This document shows positions 51,590-64,000 of a stretch of DNA of 64,000 nucleotides, one piece after another; positions within the stretch are counted from its first letter, which is position 1; each line of letters starts with the position of its first letter. The notes under the pieces are model-generated. The model worked only from the letters and a program-made list of their open reading frames with translations, made no database searches and was not told the DNA's origin. The stretch is from positions 992,001 to 1,056,000 of the forward strand of contig JANJGN010000036.1 in the NCBI GenBank assembly GCA_026770705.1. Direction: 5' to 3'. The stretch is from Isurus oxyrinchus. Taxonomy: Eukaryota. The position numbers and the translations under genes were made by a program.

Positions 51590-53127
51590 AGTAAGATGGT
51601 TGTATTGGAGAAATTAATGGGGCTGAAATTTGTCAAGTTCCCATGACCTGATATTCTGCATCTCAGACTGTTGGAAGAGTTTGCTGTAGAGATAGTGGAT
51701 GCTTTGGTGATCACATTCCTAAATTCTATAGATTCTGGAATGTTTCTTGAAATTTGGAAGGTAGAAACTGTCATCCTTATTTAAGAAGTGACGGAGAGAG
51801 AGGAAACAATAAACCACAGACCTGTTAGCCTTCAATCAGCTGTAAGGAAAGTGTGATAAACTGTTGTAAAGAATGTCACAAATGGATATTTGGATAATCA
51901 TGATCTGATTGGGCATAGTCAACATGGACATGCGAATGGGAAATCATGGTTGATTAACTTGTTGGAGTTTTTAAAGCATGTTCAAGCAAAATTATTAAAG
52001 GAGAGTCGATGGATGTAGTATACTTGGATTTTCAGAAAGCTTTTGATAAAGTCTCCTACAGGAGGATGATTAGCAAAATAAAAGCAGATAGGACAGGAGG
52101 CAATGTACTGGAATGGGTTCAGGATTGGGCAATAGGCAAAAAACAGAGGGTAAGAATAAACAGATCATTCTTCCATTTGCAGTCTGTGACTAGTGGGTTA
52201 CTACAGGGATCAGTGCTTGGGCCCCAGCTGTTCAAAATATATATCAATGATTTGTATGTGAAGATCAAATGTAATATTCCCAAGCTCGCAGAAAATGCGA
52301 GGGAGGGAATGTGTGCCTTGAGGAAAATGTCAAGCGGCTGCAGGAGGATTTGGACAGTTGAAATAAAATGTGGGAAAATGTGAGGTTATTCATTTTGGTG
52401 TAATGAACAGATGTGCAGAGCATTCCCGAAATGGTTAGGGATTAGAACGTGTAGATGGACAATGGGACATATGTGTCATTGTCCATAAGTCACTGAAGGC
52501 TAGCATGCAGATGCAGCAAGCTATTAGGAAGGCTGAGGGAATGTTAGCCTTTATCCCAAGTGGATTTGAGTACAAGGGTAGTGAAGTCTTGCTTCAATGA
52601 GATAGAAGCTTGTTATGTTGCACCTGGAATACTGTGTGAAGTTTTGGTCCCCTTACGTTAGTAAGGAAATTCTTGCCATACAGGGAGTGCAAAAGTGTCA
52701 CCAGGCCTGTTCTAGGGAAGGCGGGACAGTGTTATGAAAATTAATGTATTCTCTAGAGTTCTGAACAATGAGAGATGATCTCAGTGAAACCTAAAAAAAA
52801 CATTCAAAAAGAATATACAGGGTAAACTCAGTTAAACGTTTTCCCCTGGTTGGGAGTCGAGAACCGGGGAACACAAGTTCAAAATAAAGGAGAAGCCCCT
52901 TAGGACCGAGGTGACGAGAAATTTCTTCACTCAGAAGGTTGTGAATCATTGGAATTCTTTACCCCAAACGACCCTGGAAGCTCAGTCATTGAATATGTTT
53001 AAGGTGAAGATTGATAGCTTTCTGATTAATAATTGACAAAATGGTTATGGGGATAGTATGGGTAAAAGACATTGAAGGCATCGTATCAACGGGCTGAGTG
53101 GCCTTTTCATGGTCCTATGTTCCTATG
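51590..53127 (+). mobile_element. CR1 LINE RT/3' fragment
   Basis: DVVYLDFQKAFDKVS...KQRVRIN...SGLLQGSVLGPQLFKIYINDL and a cctatgttcctatg tail. Confidence 0.92.
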
Positions 53128-53759
53128 GGAGGAAAATCGTGTGGAGATGAAAGAGGCATAGAGCAGATGGTCCATGCTCCGCTGAACCAAAGAAATAATT
53201 CTGACCGAACGAGATAGGCGAGAAGAGAAATTCTTAGGAAAACCGTTACTAAAATATTAGCGTTAGATTCTAGGTTTCTTCAATCTAGTGTGTTGCTCTT
53301 GAAACCAGAATAAATTAACCTGTTCACAATGAAATAAACATGACACTCGGAATTAGGAGCCTTTTGCCCCCCTTCAATCGAATGTCATAAACAGAAATGT
53401 TGTTCAATTCAGCACCATTGCCTTTGTCCTCAGTTTGACCCAGTCTGGGCTGTGCACCGCCTGTGACGCGCCGTGTGTGGTCTCCTAACCTGTAAACAGG
53501 AAACCCTCTGCTTACATTTACAACGCGCTGCTTTTTCCAGTGAGTGTATATGTGTGTGTGGGCATGGGGCGGGGGAGGTGCCCATGTTTATCTCGCGAAC
53601 AACATCATTAAAGGCATGATCTGTGTCACAAACACGTTCTTTTTCTGGGTGTTGCTCTGCGCAGTTACCGCTGTCACACTTTTGTAACCGCTTCTTCAAA
53701 GGAAGAAATTTCTCTCTCCTTGTCATAACAGAACGCAGGGTGTTGATTTTCTAGCTCAG

Positions 53760-54062
53760 TTATTGTATCTCAGGCTGATTTCCAGGCCCCGGCGGATCAG
53801 TGTCTCTCGCTCGGAAGTACCGACAATGTGCACTGCAACACGGCTTAGTTGGCGGTGCTGGGGAGGGAGAGGGTCGGGGGCGCAGCACGGTAGGGGGAAG
53901 GGCGTTGGCGGTGCTGGGGAGGGGGCGGGTGGGTCGTTTGCGGTCTCCTGGTATAAACCGGACGCTTCTGCAACTGGTTTACGTCGTGACATAATATAAC
54001 CATCTAACAAGGGTATTTTCGGGTGAAGTTAGCGGCACATGGAGACGCTATTCTCTGATCAT
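53760..54062 (+). pseudogene. Type-C V-exon remnant, copy C3
   Basis: Acceptor ctcag|TTATTGTATCTCAGG followed by ...GGAAGTACCGACAATGTGCACTGCAACACGGCT, homologous to 8317ff, with a G-rich insert. It then jumps to post-C1 intron sequence, so the V end and C1 exon are deleted. Confidence 0.75.
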
Positions 54063-55459
54063 GTGAGCATGTATAATTTCTGAGCCCTTACTCCGTCCTC
54101 ATGTATCTCATCATTTCAGTGATTAGCTTCTGAATTTTTAAGTCTATCAGTCTCTTTGGCGTTAAAGCGGATGGAGGGAGATATGCTGTTTTGACATGTC
54201 AATGATGAAATCAAAACCCAATTTTCTGTTTACCAATTTCTCTCCCGATTCCTCGAAGTCTTCAGCTGTGCTCCATTTAGCTTCCAGCACAGAAACAGTG
54301 CATTCGGCCTTTTAGTTCGGCGCTGTTACTGCTTCTCCACACGAACCTCCTTTCACCCCCTCTTCATTTAACCCCATCATACATTACTTTCGTCCATTCT
54401 CACTCATGTGTTGATACAGCTTCACCCATAAATCCATCTCTGCAAGTGACCTCAACCACTTCGTGTCGAAGCGTGTACAACATTCTCTGCGCTCTCAGGT
54501 TAAATAGATTTCTCCTGATTTCCCACTTGCATTTATCAGTGATTACCTGATATTGATGGCTTCGAGCTCTGGGCTCCCCCACGAGGGAAAAGACCTTGTC
54601 TACGCCTGCCCGGAAAATCCTTTCATAATCTTAAAGATCTCAGGTCCCTCCTCAGTCTTCTCTGTTCTTGAGAAAAGAAGAAAGCCCGTTCAAATTTTCC
54701 TGACCGTTACAGACTCTCAGGTTTGGAATCGTTACAATGAACTTTTATTTCACTTTTCCTGTTTCTCCATATTCTTTTTGATAATATAGAAACCAGAATT
54801 ATTCACAGGACCCTACGTGTGGTCAGGCTAAGCTCAAATATCCGTTTGATAAATCCTTTCATCTTTACATGCTTATTTACGTAGACCTGTCCACACTTTA
54901 GGCCTATGATTTTTATGACCTTATTAACATCTGTTACCAATTTCAATTATTTTTCTATCGGCGCCTCAGAACACTCAGCTCCTCCATACAACTTAAACTC
55001 TTATTTTCTAGTGATTATGCAGCCGTCAAACGAGACCTAAGCCTAACCCAAACCCCAATATTACTCCTTCCTGACAAAATGGTCGATATATAACTTTTCA
55101 TCCAAGTCACAGAAAGATATCCGCTGGGTAACTATAAGCTAGTTAGTCTTTCATGCGTTGCGGGCAACGGGAATCATCAATAAGTGGAATTGGTGAGCAT
55201 TTCATAATATGTGGGTTCGTTACGGTCAGAAAGTTCCGATTTGTAAACGTTTGTGAAAGTGTCGTCATGCTGAACCTATTTAAAAGAGTTATATTTTTCA
55301 AGATTTGTCCGAATGGAAAGTTAAAATGAAGGCAGTAGATAGAAGGTGTATGGATGTCTAGCAGGCCGTCATGTGCCTCTCAAGATGTTTGATTGAACAA
55401 GCATGACCAGTGTGAAGGAGGTGTGGGAAGATGGATATAAAATAGATACAGACATGGAT

Positions 55460-55675
55460 AAATCTATCTATCTATCTCTCTATTTATCTCCCTATTTCTC
55501 TATGCCCCTGCATGTCTGTCTATCTGTCCATCCATCTATATATGCATCCAACTATCTCTCCATCTACCTATCAATCTATCTGTCCATCCATCTGTCTATC
55601 GATCTATCCATGTATCTATCTATCTAGCTGTCTTTCTATCTATCTATCCTTCTATCTATCTATCTAACTATCCAT
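55460..55675. repeat. Imperfect (TCTA)n tetranucleotide repeat
   Basis: Visible directly in the sequence. Confidence 0.9.
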
Positions 55676-58600
55676 CTTTTTTTTTGACTGAAGCATCCTA
55701 ACACTGTAAAATAAGCAATGTAAAACCCAACAGAAGTTTGGTAACAAAATGGAAAATGAGCGTGTAGAGGAGAAATTACCCCAGGGCTGAAGGAGGTATA
55801 TTTGTAATGCGACCAGTTTTTGTGTTTGCTAATGCCCATCTCATGGAAATTTCTACTTCCATTCGCCATATGGTTTTCATTCTGCTTGCATCCCATTCCG
55901 CCGCACGATCAGAGGAAACTGCCACACGGGTTGTTCACTGTTTCCTCTCCAGTGTTTTAATAGGATTCGTAACAATGGAAATATCAACTGTCGGCAATGT
56001 TAGGTATCCCCTGCCATTCCCCGACATTTACAGTGCCTGTGTATGGTGTGTTCGCATGTGTTCCATCCACTTCCTCAGGGGAGGCTCATGAACCTTTTCG
56101 GGCGTATCATGTCTTTGGCCCCCCCTGTTGATTCTTAATGTCCAGATACCAACATGTCAGAGAACATAATGAAGAGAGTGACGAGCTTCATACCAACCAG
56201 AAATTCTATTGACCCCAAGTTTTCCCCATATTCACAAATTGCATGTTCAACCATGGGGCTGAGTCCATATTTACTCGAAATGAACGCCAGCGAAAGCGAA
56301 ACTGTTTATTTTAATATGTCACCCCCGACTGGTTTCGGCCAGCCTTTCCACTCCCATAACGGATGAAGATCTGTCGTTGTCCTGCTCATCCCTGAAACCA
56401 GCGTCCTGGCCTTCCTCTGATTCCATCCACCTGACTACTGACTGCGGCCTCCAAAATGTTGGCTGCTCTTGTCCCCAGATGCCACAACCCTAATCCAGAC
56501 TTCACAATCTCAATGCTTAATTTCAACAGCGCTTTTCCGACAAAGATACTCACTTTCTTCTTTCTCAAACATCATTTATCCCGAATAATATCATCCAAGT
56601 CATTAACAGAACAAAGATTAAATCCTTTTGCCTTCTTGACAAGTTCCAGTGGTTCCCAGTATCCCAATGAATCGATTCGAAAATGCTTTCCGGTCCATAC
56701 CATTCAATTTGTGCGTGAACAGCTGACCATACCAATCTAATAGGGTGCATTCTCCATTCCTCCCTCAGGCCACATGTTGTAACATTTCTGCTTATTCCTC
56801 GCTGCATCCGCTGCACAAGCGTCACAAATCCTGCAAGGAATCACGCACAAACCATCTGGCGAACACTTGTCCTCCCTCAGCTCCCTACTCAAAATGCCGG
56901 CAATTTCCGTGTCAATGTCCTTGCCTTTCTTCAGGAGCCCGCCGTGCAGGCATTGTTTACCATTTCCCTTCACATAGTCACGTCTGAAGGATGGGGTTTT
57001 TCACGGTCATTCTCCGAGAGTTTGCATAAGACACCCCTGTTCGCTGGGTGTTGTAGTGTAGGTGGATTAACTGATCTATTAAGGTTACAGTAAGACAACC
57101 AGCATTATTTAAACTAAGGAGCAACTCGCCCCAATAAATAATGATCTCCAGTTCTTCGAAGTGGGGTAATATCTTCAGCTGTTGTATTAGACTGAAAGAT
57201 TGCATCAGTTCGAGCAGTTGTTTGTGTATGAAGGACAGTATAATTTTGTGGGATTTCATTATCTTGAGGAGTTGTATCAGTTTGATAGCTAATTCAGTTT
57301 AACCCTGTAGTCCACAAACACGACTTTCACAATCCAACATTTGGAATTGACTTACTGAGTGGCTGCAGTGAAAGAGGGCAGCCACATCCCAAAGTACCTG
57401 ACAATCAGACTTAACAGTGCCAACGTGTGTTAGAAATTAAATTATTAAATAACGACAACAGAGCTAAGGGCATCACTGAGGCAGAATGAAATGTAGAAGT
57501 TGGCCTGATGCTGTTGGAATGAATGCACCGTTTCTTTGTGTCCATGGTATCTATTTAGTTTAGTTCATTAGTAAGATCGGAATTTACACGTTTTGGAATC
57601 TTTCCAAAGCAGACACTGTACAACATATATTCTGTCAAATCAATGACATACGTTGATGACATAATAAGTTTGTAGAAATAATAAAAAAACACAAACTATG
57701 TGAAAAATGATGTAAAACCAGTGTCCTCGTGGAGATACCGAAGGGGATAAATTAAAGGCTTTGGGAATGTGTTGCTCTAGTGGTTAATTCAGGGACATTG
57801 CCTGCATCTCGAAGCAACTGATTATTTCACACAAAAGATCATGAACACATTTTACAATTTCAGGAAGTATATAACATGGTTCTTGCCGTCATTGTTGTTC
57901 CTGGTAACTTACTGTAACCTTGACGTTGTGCAGTGTTTCTAGCTTTAGTTTGTGTCTGATAATGATACATGGTCTTTTAGTTGCGACAGTTTTGCACATA
58001 CCCGTCCAGTGATATCATTTCATTAATTCATAAATGCTGGATTATTTTTGTCCCTTAATTCTATTGCATCACTTGAAAATGAGCCTTTGTTTGTAGCTCC
58101 CAGGTTCTCCGAATTGTCCACTTAATTGCTTCTTTTCTGAATTGTATCCTGTTGGATCAGACCTCAGTGCAGACATGGTCCTGAGGGAAACTCTGCGTGT
58201 GAGTTTCAGTCAGTGCGATATCAGACTGCGGAAGGCCCACTAAATGGAGTGAAGCAAATGGTCCCAGTGACCACGTCAAGGTGAGTACCTGTCGCTGTAT
58301 ATAATCATGGAAAGTTTACAACACAGAAAGAGGCCGCATGGCCCATCTTGCCTGCCCAAGCAGAAAAACGAGCCACCCTGGAGGCCACCTCAGGCTGGGG
58401 ATTAACCGGGTGGAAGGACCTGAATTCACCGGACACGTAACACTGGGGGCATCTATCAGTGTAGAGCTATGCAAAGCAAAATGCGTGGAACATCTAAAAC
58501 CAATTTATCATGCATCATTGGAAGTCGAAGCCTGTGATAAACTGTTTGGAATGTGCGTCTCCAGCTGGAGTAGAATATCTGATGCATTATGGAGATTAGA

Positions 58601-61600
58601 AACCCAGGAAGTGCTGGAACTACTCAACAGGTCTAGGAGCATTAGTAGAGAGAGAGAAACTGAGTAAAGGTTTCGAGTCAAATATTCGGTTCAAAAACTC
58701 AATTTTGCTTCTCTCTGCACGATTAATGCAAGATCTGTTGAATATTCCCTCCTTTTTGTATTTTGTTTCAGATACCAACATTGACAGTGGTTCCTTGTAG
58801 AGCTCAGTGTGCTTCCCTAATCAGAGCCGAACACCTGACTCCAGTGACCATCTATTACTGGGCGTGTTTCTGACTGTAGATTTATGGTTAGGATGTGTCT
58901 TGCAACTGAGCAGAAAACCTGATCCGAGCTAACATGTATTAGTGGGAGTATTTATCATTGTGAAATTGCACTGAGGGTGGGTCGCTAACTGCAATGGATG
59001 AACCTGGCCCCTGTGATGATGTGGCACTGCGAATAACTGTCATTCTAGCATTGAACTGAGTCCGGGTCTCAACTAATGTGAAACAAGTCAGTTACACGTG
59101 ATATCATTGTTTCAGGCGACTGAACTGGATGTACTTTTCCATTTTGTAATCAATGGGAAAAGGGAAGCTTTTCGCTGCAGTTTTATGTTTGTCAATAAGT
59201 TTATAAATTGTAATATATTGATGATGTTTTGTCCCCTATTCAAATGTAATTTTAACTATTGTCTAACGAGTAAGCAGCAGAAAAGCAGTTACTCTATATA
59301 ACCACTCTTCAAAATTATGTATTGTTCGTATAAGCATAGAAATTCTAAAGACTGAAGTTGCTTTAGTGCTTATTCGTCACGCTGCTAGCCCTGGCACAGT
59401 GCAGAAAAGTGAAAGGATTTAGGGTCACGAGCTCTTAAGTATCTTATCTTGCTAGCACAGTGTCTAACCTGGGAAATGTTTTTTAATTATTTAAGGTTGG
59501 TTACTGATTAGGTTTTCCTGAACTAGTTCGTGTGTATGATTAAGAGTCTCGACACATGTAACCTGCATGTCAATCGATTGTAATCAGGGAGATGTGTTCC
59601 TGCGAGGAGACACTCTAGAAATGAGGAACATATATTTCATGTTTTCACAATACAGGAAATAGCGAGAGGACAGTAGAAATAACGTTAGTAAGCCGTTAAT
59701 AATGTAAGAAATAGTGCGCTGCATCCATAAATATCGCTTTTCAATATTATGAAATAACTGAAAGCACCCTATGGTGGAGAGATTTAGCCTCCCGACAATC
59801 TCGGTAAATTAGTTTCCCTGGAGTTCATTCTTGTATTCAATGGAGACTCTTCTACAGTATTTAACTCCACATTACATCACCCTCCCAAAGGGAAGTATCA
59901 TTCTCATGTTTCCACCTCTCAATCTCTTTGATGTTTTAAATTTCTCAATTTGCTTATTCATCAACTGCCTGTGTTCTAGAGAGTGGAGTCACAGCCAGTT
60001 ACGCTTACTGACAGTTATGATCTCTCAGATATGACGTTATTCTTGTAAATAACACTTGTGCGTCTGGAAAGTTTGAATCTCTACTTCGTAAAATGACGAA
60101 CAAAAATCTGGAGGGAACGCTGAGTGCTGTATAGTCAAGGTTCAATAAACGATTTAACATAATCCTTCCGATTTTATTCTCCTTCCACTATAAATGAGCC
60201 CCAGTGTTTAGATTGCACCTTCATGGTTTTGATTGCTCTCATTTCTGGCTTGAATCTCTTGTGACTCTCTTCCCCCAAACCCTTTTCCCTACTGTTTTCT
60301 TTATGAATTATTTGCCTCATTTTACCATAATTATCCTGTACTTTTTATCATTCGTTCGTTCATTTCTAACTTGAGAGGTAGTTGCTCCCTTTCAGATTTC
60401 CCTCCCTTTTCTGCATCTGAATCCTCAACAATTGTTTATTATTCCCCCATTGCCTCACAATGCTCCTCGCCTTAGAGTGTGAAGTTGCTGTCTGGATGCC
60501 CATTAATATTTCTACCCATGCCAGATTGCCCTCTCTGCTCCAATGGCAAGAAACGTGACCTGCTCTTTCAGCCTTTGCCCAACCATTTTCCCTCGGTCAT
60601 CTCGCACGCTTCCCATTTCGAGGGCACCATTTGGAATGCCTTAGTTTGTTTTGGGTTAGCTGCAGCTCTCATTGGAAATCCTTTCCTCAGTATCGGCTGT
60701 GCATTGCTCATGTTTCCTGCATCAACTTTTCTTTTCCAGGACGTTCATGATCGTATGGGTCTCGTTCCCTTCTTTCACTCCGGCTTGCTTTCACATCATT
60801 CGTTTCTGAATCTTCCTTTCCTTCCTCAACTTTTCCATCTCTATTTCAGCGGATAGACTTTCCACCAATATCAGACATCGAGCTCAACAGCTATCTTGAC
60901 CATGCACCCTGAAATCCAGCTTCTTGTAAGGGCTCTGTTCTCTACTCAAGTTTCTCGGTCTCATTTTCTCCTGTAGCTGTTATGACACTTGACACATCGG
61001 TGTTTCCCAAGTGAAGTACTTTCCTCCTCAGCAGACGTTTGCCACTTCACTGCAGTAACCTGGCCCAACCGTGTTCATTTTATTTCCAGCATTGCTGCCC
61101 TCACTATCTGCTCTCCCAGCCGCAGTCTGTAGAGGGAGACCTTGTCCATAGAGAATTTTATTCCCTCTGTCTTATGTTCAAGAAGTCTCTCGCTGTCAAT
61201 CGATCTTCTGAAAGATCTTTCTACACAGACAAATGAATCATTCCTCTGAAAGTGAGAGAGAAAATAAATTGGTTAGAAAATATCAAAAGATTCAGAACAA
61301 AAGTAGGCACAGCAAGACCCAAAGCTCCATTTCTCACTTCCATAGGTAACCTCTCTGCACCTGCCAATTATTAGCAAATTTCATTTCCCAATCTACATGA
61401 GTGCTCAGCTAAACCTAATCTGGGGTCAAGTAAACTTTGTTCAATCCCGAAATATTGTTGCCCATACCTCAACGGGAATTCATCTCAAAGGCTTCCAATA
61501 TCATTCAAACTCAATTGATTCGCTAAATATTTCTTAACCTTCCCTCAATGTGTGTTCATCGTAAACTTTCCTGTTAGCATGAAAACGCATGTAAATCCCT

Positions 61601-62439
61601 AGATATCCCTATGCTTCCCCTTCTCTGTACCTGCACTGGGCTTTAAAGACTTTGAGATACTTGCATTCTTCTCATTCTCTCCCCTTGCACCTCCCTTACC
61701 TTAATTGTTCCAACGTTGCCTCCCGTGCCTGTAGCTGCTTTGAGTCTAAGCTCTAGAACTAGTTTCCCAAACATTTCCACTTCGGGAAATATCTTTCCTG
61801 TTTTAAAGTGTTCCTTTAAATTCTGGCTTTTATCAAGTTTCCTGTCATTTCCTATCTCCTTGTGTAGTTCAATGTTAGTCCGTTCAACAAAAATCTGTGA
61901 TGAATATTGTTTTTGCTCCGCGCCAAGGAATATAGGGGCAGGAACAGGCCATTCAGCCCTGGGAGCATGCTCCTCCATTCAATACGATCATGGCTCATCG
62001 AACACTTCAATGCCGTTTATCCACACTATCACCATAACTCTTTACATTATTGTTAGTCATAAATCTATCAATCTGATGGTATTTTGCTGCTTTAAATATA
62101 CTTTACAAATGTGAACTGTTGTTACCCTGACCCAACAAACTCTCAAAGAATGGGTCCACTGAATGCATACAGATTGAACTGAATCTATGCTGACCATCAA
62201 TTGTCATCATGGCAGGAACGGAATTATTTATTTAAAAACTAAAGATCCCTTTGCTCTTCCCAGTCGAATGCTGCGGGGATTGTGTACGGTTTAGATGCAG
62301 AGAAGCACATCCTGCATTATAAGCAATAAAACAAAGCTAAGAAATGTAAAGATATGTAGTGATTTATGCTCTGTATGCAGTGTCACATGAAGCTCTCCCA
62401 CAGCACTTACCGCATGCGTTAACTGCAGAGTTTAGTTCC

Positions 62440-63190
62440 TTGCACACGATCACCTCAAAGCATCCCAATTAGATACAGCACTGTTAAAACACAAAGAGTC
62501 TGCTCTACGCTCTCTTATCAAACACTAAATATTAAAATGTACAATGCAGGTTAGATGCATATTAATCATTCTTCGACAGTCTAAGACCATAAAAGTTAGC
62601 ATAAATACGGATTAAAATGCCCCATAAAATTTCATAACATCCATGCTCCAAGCAAGGGTACAATTCCGATGAAAGCTCCATTTACACCGTTCCGCCAAAT
62701 TCTGCATGAACAGGAGAAGCACAGTTTAAATACAGAGTAAATCTCCCTCTATAAATTGTTCCACAAAACACTCCTAAAGAAAGTTCAACCGTGTTTAGAT
62801 AGAGTGTAAAGCTGCCTCTACACTGCTCCAGAAAGCAAGCCATGGAAATTACAGCAAGGTATAGACACAACTCCGACACAGAGTTACAGCCGTCCCTTGA
62901 AATACTGACAGGAATGGTAAAGAACTGGATCGGTACAGAGTAATGCTCCTTCAGTAGTCGATGAGCATTTTAAGGGCAAGCAAAGCATGGCATGGATACT
63001 GTGTAAACATCACATTTAAATGTCACAGCATCAAATCAAGGACAGGTGTAGCTTGGATATATCCCGATTACAATTGCTTCAGTCCTGCCTCATTACATTC
63101 AGCGCATGTAAAGCAGCATAACCATAGAGTAATATTGCTTCCTTTACACTATCTCCACAACATCTTTAGGGCAGGTACAGTACCGGGCAG
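62440..63190. repeat. Degenerate tandem repeat (ttagatacagagtaaagctccctctacactg-like units)
   Basis: Recurring variants such as aaatacagagtaaatctccctcta, agatagagtgtaaagctgcctctacactg and ggtacagagtaatgctccttca; resembles a common elasmobranch satellite-like repeat (from memory). Confidence 0.6.
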
Positions 63191-64000
63191 GCACAGAATA
63201 ATGAAATAGTGGAAAGTAATGTTGGAGTTAGTTATGCCCCATCTGTTTTAATTTGGATCGAATTGGAATTGGGGAACAGCCTCGGAAAATAAAACAGTGT
63301 TGAAAAGTAAATTAACCCCATTACAACCGCCATTTACAACCAGAAGTGGAGAGTAAGGGAATTTTTCTTTTATGAAAATGCTGCCTGAAAGGGCGGAGGA
63401 AGGAAATTCAATAGGAGTTTTCAAAAGAGGAATTTGATAAATATCGAAAGGTAACATTTACAGGGCTATGGGGAAAGAGTAAGGGGGGAGTGGGACAAAT
63501 TGGATCTATCTTTGAAGGAGCTAGCACAGGCACCGTGGGCCGAATAACTCAGTTATTCGTCATTTCTGGTTTTATTCTTTTTGTCACCGCTGTCTAGCCT
63601 CTGACTTAAGGCAGAGAGACAGAGATAATTCCACCCCCACCCATCCCCTCACACCCCGCTTCGCAAGCCAACTCTGTAGTGAGCACTTCCCCACCCACAC
63701 CCCACCACCCCCCGCCCCCCTTTCCGCCCACTACACCCCATCGCTGGGGAATATCAAGCAGAGAAATCCTCCATCAAACTATTTCTAATATGGTTACCCA
63801 ATGTCGCTAAGTGCATTTCTGGGCGTTCGGGAATGTCCTGTATTTGTTCAGTGAGTTCTTAAATACTTGCTATTGCTCCTGACTCAAATATCATCGCCAC
63901 AATAATCGAAAATGGGTCGAAAATAATTATGAGCAGTAATAGGAAACTTACCGTCTCCCATTGGATAACACAGCGTGGGGGAGGTGGGGTGATCTATTCA

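Noticed and set aside
55700-57290. Non-repetitive-looking stretch with several short ORFs, possibly a decayed LTR/gag remnant
   Set aside because: No recognisable domain motif or splice structure; it cannot be called without a Dfam/BLASTx search.

Overview
Vertebrate genomic DNA, almost certainly from a cartilaginous fish (it carries SacSINE1/DeuSINE-like, CR1/HER1-like and Penelope-type repeats and a shark-type degenerate satellite). Positions 1-54,400 hold a tandemly duplicated cluster (unit about 17-24 kb) of non-rearranging, antigen-receptor-like Ig-superfamily genes. Each gene has a leader, a single germline-joined VJ exon, a 90-102 bp intron, a C1-set exon, a TM exon (membrane-proximal Cys in all but A2) and a tail with one tyrosine motif. 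Two types occur as head-to-head pairs about 2.5 kb apart: type B (minus strand, xxYASL tail) and type A (plus strand, TLYxxL ITSM-like tail). A third, A-related type C survives only as pseudogenes. Manual splicing gives exactly one intact B gene (16300-20662, 342 aa) and one intact A gene (42787-47835, 303 aa), lying in different pairs. The other five copies are disabled. My main hypothesis (inference) is a germline-encoded, TCR/Ig-shaped, disulfide-linked heterodimeric receptor that signals through its own ITIM/ITSM-like tails. The rest of the window is LINE/SINE remnants, simple repeats and two N gaps. All gene models were built by eye without transcript evidence.
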